Positions 1 through 11,052 of a stretch of 64,000 bases of DNA are shown piece by piece (within the stretch, counting starts at the first letter, position 1; each line of letters starts with the position of its first letter). Source of the stretch: Eutreptiella sp. 'Long Island Sound 2002' (lineage: Eukaryota; Protista; Euglenida); assembly GCA_964036045.1 (NCBI GenBank), contig OZ038379.1:10602001-10666000 (forward strand), given 5' to 3'. Under the pieces are notes generated by a model. It searched no databases. It worked only from the letters and a program-made list of their open reading frames with translations, and was not told the origin of the DNA. Position numbers and translations under genes: made by a program.

Positions 1-86
1 AGCTATTTTTGCCCTTGCCGCCACCAAGGGAAACTACGCGCGCATGAGACCACATACACCCGTGCGTGCATATGCCATTTCTATAG

Positions 87-953
87 ATGCGATGCGGTGA
101 AGCAAAAGTCGTTGAAAGTCGTCCACCTACGCAAGCCCCCGATCAAGGACCCACAAGCTGGGTTCCCGCCAAATACAAGCCGATTCACAACGATGCCGTC
201 CGCAAGATACACATTGGAAGATGTCCGCCATTGATAACAGATGATCTCATATATTCACACTTTGCAAGTTTGGGTCCCGATGCTATCACGGAGATTTTTT
301 GGTCAATGCGTGGTGGATTCTTTCAAGGTGGGTTCTTGTGTGCCACGAGATGCGCTTTACGTTGTAGTTTCGGCTGTAGCCGTACATGCAGAGGAAAAGC
401 TTCGATTGCCCGTGTGCTAAGTGTGCTTAGTTGAACGACGATTTCACACGGGAGTTGTCCCAGGGTTGCCATTTAAGAAGGCCAAAAGGCCTAAACGCCG
501 GGCAAACTTCGCTTCCCTTCCGCAACCGTGCTCTTTTAGGCTACGGGTTTATCACGTTCAAAACCGAGGCCTTGGCCATGCAAGCCGCTCACATGGAGGC
601 CCCATGGGTCGGAGATGAGCAAACGCAAGTGTGTTACAAGGGGCATAGTCGCTTCAACAAAGACCGCGCAGCAGTTCTTCTTCGCCAGCTGCAACAGAAG
701 AGAGCGATGTGTCCGCGGTCGTCCGTCGAGCCGAAACTACCGTCGATCGATTGGTCTGCACAGCCGGCGGTATGATTGGACCCACTGTCGCTTGTACTAC
801 CCCGTTCGTCACCGATGTGCGTTTGGGCCTCCGAAAGGGCAGTAGGGCACACGTAACGCAATCGACAACCCAACCCTTTGAACTAGGGCAACGCTCTACC
901 GCTAAGTTGGGCCCACTCAGCCCTCAACAAGGCATTGGGCGGGCTAGGAAGGG

Positions 954-999
<46 letters not shown>

Positions 1000-3900
1000 G
1001 CACGCACACACGGTGCTGCAGATCCGGACGGTACCGAGATCTTTTGTTTATGGGAACTGAATCTGATACACACACGCGCGCGTGCGCACACACACACGTC
1101 AAGAACCCGCACCGGTACCAGGGCGATCACTAGTGCCCAAGAACGTTCACAAGCACCCCGACTGGTCGACACCAAACAGTTTGCTACCGATTCTTCTGCA
1201 GGTTTCCATGAGCTACCGAGCCCTCTGCTGTGTGGATAGTGGGCAACAAAGTTTTTTTCTCGCGGTAGAGTACTTACTTTGAAACACACTTGATGTGGTG
1301 CGGAAAAAATTTGATTTATGAACCGCCAAAATTGGCTGTCAACTCCACCTCCTTGTTGGGTACGAGTGAAGACGCTAAGGTCTGGTCTTTTTTCAGAACG
1401 GTGGCACTGTGTTGGAGCTGAAGATCATGGAATCAACCTGATGATACATTTGAGGGTGAGAGGAGGCCCGTGTTGTGTTTATGTTGTGGTGCAGGCGACT
1501 GTTCACGCGAAATTGCATTTTGGTTTGCCCGGAAACACAAGCCACAGTACGGCTGTAAGAAGAGGGCGCCGGAGGCGCCGGAAAAAGAAGTTGGGGTTTG
1601 GGGCTCAATCCCCCTCCCATTTTTTCACCCCGGCATGTGTGTCTCCAAATGATCAGCGACAAGGCGATCATTTTGAGGTATGATGTGTCGCCCGCCCCGC
1701 CCCTTCCATCCCCCTTCCTTTCCACTCCTGTTTGGAAGTTATTTGCCTTTGAGTGTTCGCAAATCAGCAGCTCTTGGGGGCTGTGTGTAACAGGGTAGGC
1801 TGACAGATTCCACCAACACCTTCGCTTAGCTCACCTTACTCAGCCCCCCCCACCCCCCGCCCGCTGCACGACATTATTACCACGAAGTCTGATGCATTTG
1901 ACCGCTGGCACTCATTGCTCTTGCAGCCCCCCTCCCCTCCCCGAGCCCCTTCCTTTTCGACTGACAGTTGGTGGGTGGGTCGCAGTAGAACAGGTCCGGA
2001 CCCACCCTTTGGAAGAGAAGTGTGTGGCCCGGGAATGTGCTGCTCTCGTTGGTCACAGATTGAATGCACAAAAGTCTTTTCGGACCGCATCGCGTATATC
2101 CCACGGGCGAAGGAGGACCTCAGGGCTTGGTGCAGGCTGTGTGACATGTCGGCCCCCCCCGGCGCCCCGAAGCCTGTCCTCAAGTTCTCGGAGATCGATT
2201 TCGGGGCCGCTATCAACGCGTATGTGCGGGAGCACTTTGATCAGCCGACTCCCATCCAGGCACAGGTCCGCGGGTACCTGCGTAACACAACACGACACAA
2301 TACAACACAACACGGTACAGCACAACACGACACCACACGACACGACACGACACGCCATGCCATGCCATGACACGACACAACACGACACAACACAACAGCA
2401 CGCCACACCGCACCACACCACACCACACAACACAACACAACACAACACAACACAACACAACACAACACAGCACAACACAGCACAACACAACACGACACGA
2501 CACGACACAACGCGGCACAGCACAACACAATACAATGCAACGCAACACAACACGACACAACACAACACCACACCACACCACACCACACCACACCACACCA
2601 CACCACACCACACCACACCACACCACACAACATCCAAGTGCAGGTGGATGCGCCACTGCACGCCCAGCTGTGGGGCGACCACCGGCAGGAGTCCCTGGCC
2701 CAGCTCCAGCGCACTGGGGTCAGGGCGCCCACCGTCGTGTGGACGACAGCCCCCCCGACTGCCGCCTACTGGAACTGGGCCAGCACATCGCAGGCCCCTC
2801 TCGTGACGGTCACCTCGACGCTGCCGCCGTTTCCGTGGATCGCCATAGCCCCGGCGGCGGTGGCGCGCTTCAAATATCCAGCGGAGTGCATGGCGCACAA
2901 AAGCCCGGGGCACCCGCACAAGGGGCCCCTCTATTACTCCCTCGATACGGTGGGGTCAGTGCCAGCGGAGCTACACCAGGCCCTGCGCACCCACCTCAGG
3001 GAGCACCATGGGGACATGGCCCTCCTGGCGCCACACGGCCGGGCGACCAGCCCCCCGCGAGTGTTGGCCCCTGAGACTCGCCCGGGCGTCTGGTTCCATG
3101 ACCTGCCTGCGCTGGCGACCCTCCGAGGCAGTGTCGTGGCGGTGGATGCAGGGGCCACGCAGGCGGGTATGGCCATGGCCGGGGTCGTCCAGAGCGGGCC
3201 TGGGGAGTATCAGGCCCAGGTGGCCTCAGGAGTGGGCACCTCCCAGGAGGGGGAGGCGATGGCCCTCCTCTCGTATGCCCGCCGGCTGGCGACACAGCAG
3301 GGGGTTTACTGGCTGGTGCCGGACTCGGAGGCAGCAGTGGGGGCCCTCCGCACGTACCAGGAAGGAGGGCTCTGCGGAGATGGCATCCACCACCTCTACG
3401 CCACCGTCCTGGGGGGGCAGCGCCTCTCCCCGAGGTCTGCCATCAATGTGGTGACCACACCATCGCACTGGATCACGGACCTCAACGTCCGTGTGGACGC
3501 AGCGACGCGGGAGCCGCCGGAGGTAGACCTCACGTGGCTCCTCAGGCGCCCCTACTCATTTATCCCCCCAGTGCCCTTCCGCGACCAGTGCCAGCTCTCC
3601 CCGACGGCGCTGAGTGACTGGTTGCAGGACCGGGCCTCCATACCGGCGCAAGCCATCTACGAGGCCCGCTGGGGGGTAAACTTCATGCCAGGGGGGGGCC
3701 TCCCCCTGGACTGGTTCGACCACGACCAGCAGCGCCACATCACGGCGCATCGCATGGACAACGTCCCGACCATGGCCGTCCTAGCCCACCGTTCCTCCCA
3801 CCGGGGCACGGTGCTGGATACAACGTGCCTCCTGTGCGGGACACAGCCCGAGACGGCGCCCCACCTGTGGGCCTGCTCGGCTCAATCGCACGAGTGGGGG

Positions 3901-6900
3901 CCAGCCCGCCGGCGCCTCGCAGCGTGGCTCGACCAGAAGGTGGGGCCACGGGCGGCCCCAGTGCGTCACCAGCTGTGGGAACCGACTGTGCTGGAGCAGT
4001 GGGCGGCAGCCCTGCGGACCCCCTCCATGCAGCTGGCCCACCTGGAGTGTACAGGGCCCCACTCGCTGGGCACGGAGTTCCTCCGCCACGTCGTGGAGGA
4101 GTCCATACGGATCTGGTACGCCCACGCCAAGGCGCGTGCCACACTGCTGAAGGCCCGCCTGGGCCCGGGCAGCACGATGGCGTGGGCGTTGCAGGAGCTA
4201 CGCCTGCACCAGCAAGCAGAAAGGGAAGGGGGGCAGCGGGAGCTCTCGGAATAAGCGCGGTCGCCAGAGGCGAACTCACCAGGTCTCCCCGACTCCCCCT
4301 CCCCCTGCCGAGGCCTACACACTTACGCACAGCGCGCACACAACACACACAGCCCAGCCCGCTTACCTGTACCCGAGGGTAGACATCCCGGCCTTTTGCC
4401 TTTTGGTAACAGCGCCTTCGGCACACCACACCACACCACACCACACCACACCACACCACACCACACCACACCACACCACACCACACCACACCACACCACA
4501 CCACACCACACCACACCACACCACACCACACCACACCACACCACACGACACAACATAACACAACACGACACAGCATAACACAATACAATGCAACGCAACA
4601 CAACCCAACACAACGCAACGCAACGCAACACGGCACGACACGACACAACACGACACGACACAACACAGCACCACACCACACCACACCACACCACACCACA
4701 CCACACCACACCACACCACACCACACCACACCACACAACACGACACAGCACAACACAACACAACACAACACAACACAACACAACACAACACAACACGACA
4801 CAACACAACACGACACAACACAACACAACACAACACAACACAACACAACACAACACAACGCGACGCAACGCAACACCACAACACGTGCGCTCTATTGCGG
4901 CGGGTCCTACGTCAGCTTCATGCTTGGTTCATTTGCCATTCATTCGACACTGCACCACGCTAGACCATTAGTAGGATGCCACAACAAATGTGTGTGTGGG
5001 GGGGGATGCACACGAACTGAAAGTCTGATACTGGCTGCTGGTCAAATCCTTGGTCTTATGATGGATGAGGAACCCGCGTGAACTATCAGCCGCTTGGGAC
5101 CGCAGAAGTGTGGCATGTAAGCAAATGGAGGACTGTGATTGGGGCGTGACGTACATCGGACGGTCACAACAACGGAAATGCCCAGCTGCCCGAAATGTTT
5201 TAGACACAAAAGTGAAGATTCATAAGAGAAAACAGGAGGGAGATGCACAAAGTAGTTTGTAGCCGTGGCTTTGACCATACCATCGGACTGTCAAATGATA
5301 TATTTGCTGTCCTCTGATCGTCCTGTATGGAATCTGCGCAAATCCAACGTCACCTGCGGGCCATTCCGGGGGCTTAAAGGGGCCCCAGTCAATGGATACC
5401 CTTTTGGGGGGCGTGGTCGCCCGTGCCAGAAGGCCCACTGGGTGCGCAACTGGCAAGAAAGCCTTTGCATCTGGTGCATTTGGGGTGGGTTGCTGAAGGG
5501 GATTGGGGGGGGCGGATTGTGTTGCCACTGCTACTGCCACTACTGGTGCAGGGACACACCCAGTGAGTCCCATGGGCACACAGCCTCCTGCCATAGGGTG
5601 GCGAAGTCCTGGTTGAGATGCTCGGCTCCGTTTAACAACGTTACCCCCGGTGTAGTGGGTTGCCCGGACATGAGGGTGATTAGCGCCCAGGCGGCTAAGC
5701 TCAACAGCACACCCCCCGGGCTTGGGGGGGTGGGGGGGGTGGCAGGACTGTGCTTGAAAAGGGGAGGGGGTGGGCTATGTCGGCAATTCTGGACCGTTCA
5801 CATTGCGGGTAGGGCCGATGGGGAAAGCGGTTGGGGGGCGGTTGTAAAAGTGGTTGGGGCTGGTGTTGGGGTCTGAGAGTGCCTTTGGGGTGGAATCAGG
5901 GGTTGGGCCTTGGGTGGGAAGGGGGTCTTGAGTGGTTGCAATCCGGTAGCTCTTGGTAGATGGCTGTGTGGAAAAGGGTAGGTCTACCAAAGGTTCCACC
6001 TACAATTTCGCTTAGCTCACCTTAATTAGGTTGTACCCCGCGCGACTGATAGTCTGGGAGCCCCTGCACGTGTGAACGGCTGCCCTGAGGGACATATATC
6101 TCTGTGTCATCCTCAGACGTGGCCCATCGCATTGAGTGGCCGGAACGTGATTGGTCTTGCGAGGCCGGGGAGTGGCAAGACGCTGGCCTTCGTCATGCCG
6201 GCCATCATGCACATGCTGGGCAATCCCCGGCCGCTGCCCGAAGACGGCCCTCGGGTTCTGATGGTGGCCCCCACGCGGGAATTGACGGTGCAGATCAGTG
6301 ACGAGATTGGGATATTCAAGTTGAAGGCAGGTCTGTGCGGGAGTGGGAAGGCCTGGGCGCTGACCGATCTGCGCCTGGGGCTTAGGCCCAGCGAAGGAGG
6401 GGGGTTGCCACGAAGGCTCGACACGTGTGCCGGTCGCAGGCATTGGTTTGGGTTTGCAGGAGGAAACTCTCCACAGCGCTGGTCCACAGACGGCGGGGAA
6501 AGGTATTTTCAACAGGTGGGAAGGCGCTGTGGGGAAGGCGTCGGGGGGCAGTGGGGAGATGGGCCTCCGTGCCAGCCTCTCTTAGGACCAGCAGGGGCTT
6601 GAAACCGGGCTGCAACGCGCGCCGGATGGAAACTTGCAGACCTACTCGACCTTTATGGGTGCTGCGTGACCGTCAGGGGCTGGGCAAGGGGGCCCGACAC
6701 GCAGCAAAGGAGGGGGCTTCGAGAGTCCTTAAGTCTCTGAGTCCCTGAGTCCCCCCCCCCCCCCTTCTCCCCTTGAGGAGCATTCCCGCCGAGGGAAGCA
6801 GAGCCCTCGCAGGGTCAAATGCCCAACAGTGAAACCTTTTAAGACACGCATTGATTGCAGTCCTGGAGATAGAGTGTATCCGAAAACTTGTAATTATTGT

Positions 6901-9900
6901 ATCCGACTGTATCCCAGGCTTTAGAAGTGTGTGTCCAATGTGTATCCCAACTTTCAAGTGTGTGTATCACATGTGTATCCCCCTTTTCTTCATTTATAGT
7001 CCTACGCGCTCAGTTCCCCAGTCCTTCGTTCCCTTGCGGCTCTTCCCCAGACACGATGAAGCAATTATCTTTGAAGCCGCATCTTACAGCTCCCTCTGCA
7101 AAGGATGATGACTCCTCTTCTAGCTCAGGCTCCCCAGCCCCATTTTTCATGGTTTGCATGTATCACATGTGTATCTAGAGTGTGTATCCTGTGTGTATCC
7201 CAAAAACAAAAAGTGTGTATCCCGTGCTAGTGTGGATACACTCTATCTCCAGGTCTGATTGATTGTCCATGTGCAAGCCATTTCGCCCTGAAACATATGA
7301 TGTGCTCTATGGTGCCCCCCCGCGCGTGCGCAAGCCTGACATAAGTATAACAGTCCCCACCATATTCATTTGGGACCCAGGTGTCTCGTGGACAAGGGGA
7401 CGGCGTGCCAAGTTGGTACCGCCTCTGTAATTTTCGCACATGCCGACCGGCAGCGGCTTTGCGCTCGGACGAACCAGGTGCAGGTTTGGGGACGAGCTTC
7501 CCCCCAAAGTAGACATAACACGTAATTCGCGTTACAGGCCACCAGAAGTTTGTGATACTACCGAGCCCTGCAGTGGCGGAGGGTGGCTGATCTACGACAT
7601 CATCGGTTGGGCTTTGAACAGTGTGAGTTATGGCGCGAGCACACGCACGCGCACTTGTGGTTTCTTCCCCTTTGCACACACCACGACGGCACCCGCCGGG
7701 CTTCGCACATTGTGGGACAATCGTAGCACTGGACAGCTCTGATCCTTGATTCCGAGAGATTTCTCAAGTGCCTTCTTCTGAGCGAGCTTCGGCAGCATGG
7801 CCTGAACTCACCCGCCAAAAAAATCTGCTGGCCTGTGAGGCGAAAAGCGCGGGGGCACAGGGGCAGAGCTGGGCTGTACGCCACCCCTGACCCTCACAAC
7901 TGCAGGCATCCGCCTCGCGACGGTATACGGAGGCTTGGAGCGGCGGTCCGACCTGATGGCGCAGGCCGAGGCCCTCATGACGGGCGTGGACATGGTCGTG
8001 GCCACGCCCGGGCGCCTGATCTGCGTCGTCGAAGCGCAGATCCTCACGCTCAAGAGCGTTACGTTCCTCGTCCTGGACGAGGCCGACCGCATGTTGGACT
8101 TGGGGTTCGAGGCGCAGGTGCGGGCCCTGGCCTCGCAGCTCCATCCCGAGCGGCAGACGCTCATGTACGGGGCCACGTGGGGACACGACATTCAGTGCCT
8201 CGCGGAGAGCTTTATGGAGGACCCTGTGAAGGTCGTGGCCGATGCCGCAGATGTGCTGCCTGGGTCTTCAACGGTGTGATTACTCCAAACCCCGAGCCCG
8301 GCCCGCGGCGTTTGCCCGTGTCCTTTGCCCTGCTGCTCTCGCCTGCCCTGTGCTGCCCGTGCCCTTGCCCCTGACCAGCAGGGCATACATTCCAACGGCA
8401 AGGGTGCCTGGGAATCGTGCTGGGAGTTGTTTGTTCTTGGCACGCCCATTCGTGCAGGGTGGCATGGGACCTGTATTTTTTTTTTATCTTGTTAGCGTCG
8501 GAGGCTGCAAGCTTGTGTGGTGTGTGTTGGGATTTGCATTCACTGAGGCATGCTCCTCATCATAATCGGAGTACCGAATGCAACACTCCCGGTTTTGCCA
8601 GTGAGCTATCACGGCGAGAGATTGGTCCAGTGTGCACACAAGGGACATCACTAGATTCACTCGCAGGCAGTCGGTCTCTTCCAATGTGTAAGCATATCCA
8701 GCAGAGGGGATCGTACAGTGTAGGGGATGGAATCAGAAGCACACCGGCGTGTATGCATTTACGGCGCTTCTTGGGCGAGCACCACTGCAAAGTACCTCTC
8801 CTTCATTTCCCCACACGCTCGAAGAGGCATGTACGTTCCACACCGCCCCCTGCCCCTCAGTTTCCTCCTACGGCGATCATCTTTGAGAAGAATTTTGGTC
8901 ACCCCATAGTGCAATGGAGGCATCAATATGGTCAGGACCGCTGCAAGACTACAACCATGTCTGCCTCACGGACCATGTCGGCCTTCATTGCCTTCTCTCC
9001 ATTGCGGTCTGACACCAACATTGTCCACAGTGCACAAACATCCACCTGTTCTTCCCTGTGCTTCCCTTCCTTCAGTTGTTCTTCATCCTCTGTGCTTGTC
9101 GCCTCTCAACAGCACTGTTCTTAGAGCCTCATTTTCTTGTGCGGATGCTACTGGGTCATCCTCCTCTCTGCAAATCGCGAGGGGGGGGGTGGGGGTTCGC
9201 GTGCTTGGACCAGGCCTCCCGCCGCCCCCGCATGGCATCTGTGAGGAGCTACCACACGGTGCCCCCTGCCCCATGGGGGAATTGTTCAAATCCCCGTCCA
9301 TTGCTTTGTAGTAGAAATAGATGCTTCATTCCACTCCATTCGTCTCTCTGGTCTAGTGTGCCCTCACGCTTGTGTGCCCCCTTTCAGGGCGCATGTCCCG
9401 TTGCTTGGAACCCCGGGCATGTGCTTTGAGGGGTGCAAGGGTCCCCCAACCCACCCTTGGAATGACAGATCTTGCCATTCCAACCGCTTCTGCCCACCAC
9501 CACCGGTGTGCCAACACTTTTGTAAGCGCCAGGCCTTGTCCCCCAACCGCTTTTCCGCCTTCCAGTAACCGCATTTGCAACTGTTTGACATCCCCCCTTC
9601 CGTGTCCCACCCCGCGAAGCGCATCCCTGCCTTTCCCGCACGTCCCCAGAGTTCCTGCGTTTGCTCATGCAGGTCGAGCAGCGTGTGCTGATGATGCGTG
9701 GAATGGCGGCGAAGAACGCCAAACTGCTGGCGTTGGTGGTGGAGCACCAGGAGGCGAACCCGGAGTGTAGCAAAATGCTGGTGTTTGTGAACAAGCGCTA
9801 CTCGGTGGAGGCGTTGGCCCGCGTGCTGTCGAACGAGGGCCACATGGCGACGCTGCTGCACGGTGGACTGGACCAGAGCGAACGCGAAGAGGCTATTGCG

Positions 9901-10244
9901 ACGCTGCAAATGCAGGACCATGCAATTGTGGTGGCGACGGACGTGGCTGCCCGAGGGCTAGACGTCAAGGACCTGGTTTGAGCCTGCCCATGATCCCCGT
10001 GCAGTTGTGTGTGGTTGAAAGGGTTGCACTGCGGTACAAGGGGCTGGTCCATGGCAGACGCACATCCGCAAGCAAAGACACACACACACGCACACACACA
10101 CACACACAACCGCGCGGGCACACACGCACGAGCACATACAGACACAGGCACACGCAAAAGCACATATTTTCAGCAACACTCCCTACCCTACAGACCCACA
10201 CGGGCTTCCCTCTACAATAAGGTGCCCCCCCCCCTCCCACACAC

Positions 10245-10290
<46 letters not shown>

Positions 10291-11052
10291 CACACACAGA
10301 CAAAGGCACGCACACACACGCATACACGAGCACACACAGACAGATACTTACGTGAGCCACAGACACGGGCTTCTGCTGGTGCATGTGTGCATTTGAATCG
10401 TGTCCGTTGAATGGCTGCACGCTCTTCACCGGATCCGAACGGGTTTTAACGGTTTTTTTTCTGTTCAAAACCCTGCCGTTCGTTGTCAGATTTTCACTGC
10501 GGTCGGTTGGGCCCATTAACAGCCCGATTAAGAGCCCGCCATGCCATATCTGTGCCAGAGTGATGTAGATTATCGATCCCAGATTTTTTTTCGTTTGTTT
10601 TTGTTCCAATTTACTGCAGCCCATGCTCTGCTGTGCAGGGGCTCGTCATACATTACGACATGGCTACGGACCCAGACATGTACGTGCACCGGACGGGCCG
10701 CACAGGGAGGAGCATCGACAAAGGCTTATCGTACGTATTTTTCGACCCCCGGCATGACTCTGCGCGGGCCAAGTTTCTGATCCGATGCCTGACCAACACC
10801 AAGCAGGAGGTGCCTGATGAGTTGTTACAAATCGCCGAAGATCATCTGTCGAACCTGGCCGACCGGGAGGAGGGCAGAGAGTTATATGAGAAGGAGCAGC
10901 AGAAGGAGGAGGGAGGGGTGTTTGGAAAGGGCAAGGGCAAGGGTAAGGGTAAGGGCAAGGGCAAGGGCAAGGGCAAGGGCAAGGGCAAGGGCAAGGGCAA
11001 GGGTGGAGGGAGAGGGTGGGATCAGGGGGGTGAAGGTGAGAGTGCAGGATAG
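87..11052 (+). CDS. RRM-containing DEAD-box RNA helicase (DBP2/DDX5-like core), 7 exons, ~658 aa if ATG 87 is the start
   Basis: Exons 87-327, 540-769, 2059-2265, 6117-6330, 7906-8273, 9673-9975, 10639-11052; all introns GT..AG, phases match, total 1977 nt. Spliced product: RNP2-like KIHIG and RNP1 QGYGFITF (RRM); LPSIDW and PKPVLKFSEIDF (DBP2-like N-flank); Q motif FDQPTPIQAQ; ARPGSGKT, PTREL, TPGRL, DEAD, YGATW, HGGLDQSER, ATDVAARGLD, HRTGRTGR. An AG directly precedes ATG 87, so upstream exons outside the window are possible. Confidence 0.92.
955..1010. repeat. (CA)n microsatellite in helicase intron 2
   Basis: Direct reading of the CA run; a similar CA-rich tract lies at ~10075-10340. Confidence 0.95.
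2283..2632 (+). repeat. Pentanucleotide microsatellite (CACAA/CACGA/CACCA)n, left flank of the retroelement
   Basis: 5-nt periodicity; ends in 12 perfect CACCA units (2566-2625). Confidence 0.95.
2633..4421 (+). mobile_element. 5'-truncated non-LTR retrotransposon (RNase H + CCHC zinc finger + 3' UTR) in helicase intron 3
   Basis: Uninterrupted ORF 2638-4254 with RNase H catalytic pattern VDAG / SQEGEA / PDSEA / PSH..LNVRVDAA, then CLLCGTQPETAPHLWAC (non-LTR C-terminal CCHC finger). No RT or endonuclease in the retained part; 167-nt 3' UTR runs directly into (CACCA)n. Confidence 0.85.
4422..4882 (+). repeat. Pentanucleotide microsatellite, right flank of the retroelement
   Basis: ~25 perfect CACCA units (4422-4546), mixed CACAA/CACGA/CGCAA units, and a second CACCA block (4669-4733). 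Confidence 0.95.
6858..7257. mobile_element. hAT-type MITE (400 bp) in helicase intron 4
   Basis: TIR CAG(T/A)CCTGGAGATAGAGTGTATCC (24 bp, 1 mismatch); perfect 8-bp TSD ATTGATTG at 6850-6857 and 7258-7265; many internal TGTGTATCC motifs. Confidence 0.9.
10927..11004 (+). repeat. Coding hexamer repeat (AAGGGY)13 encoding (KG)13 in the helicase C-terminus
   Basis: Direct reading, in frame in the last exon. Confidence 0.95.

Noticed and set aside
1892-4971. Long ORFs made of HNTTQ/HHTTP or CVVLC/CGVVW repeats (also 28251-28804)
   Set aside because: Translations of pentanucleotide microsatellites that lack stop codons; open in several frames on both strands.
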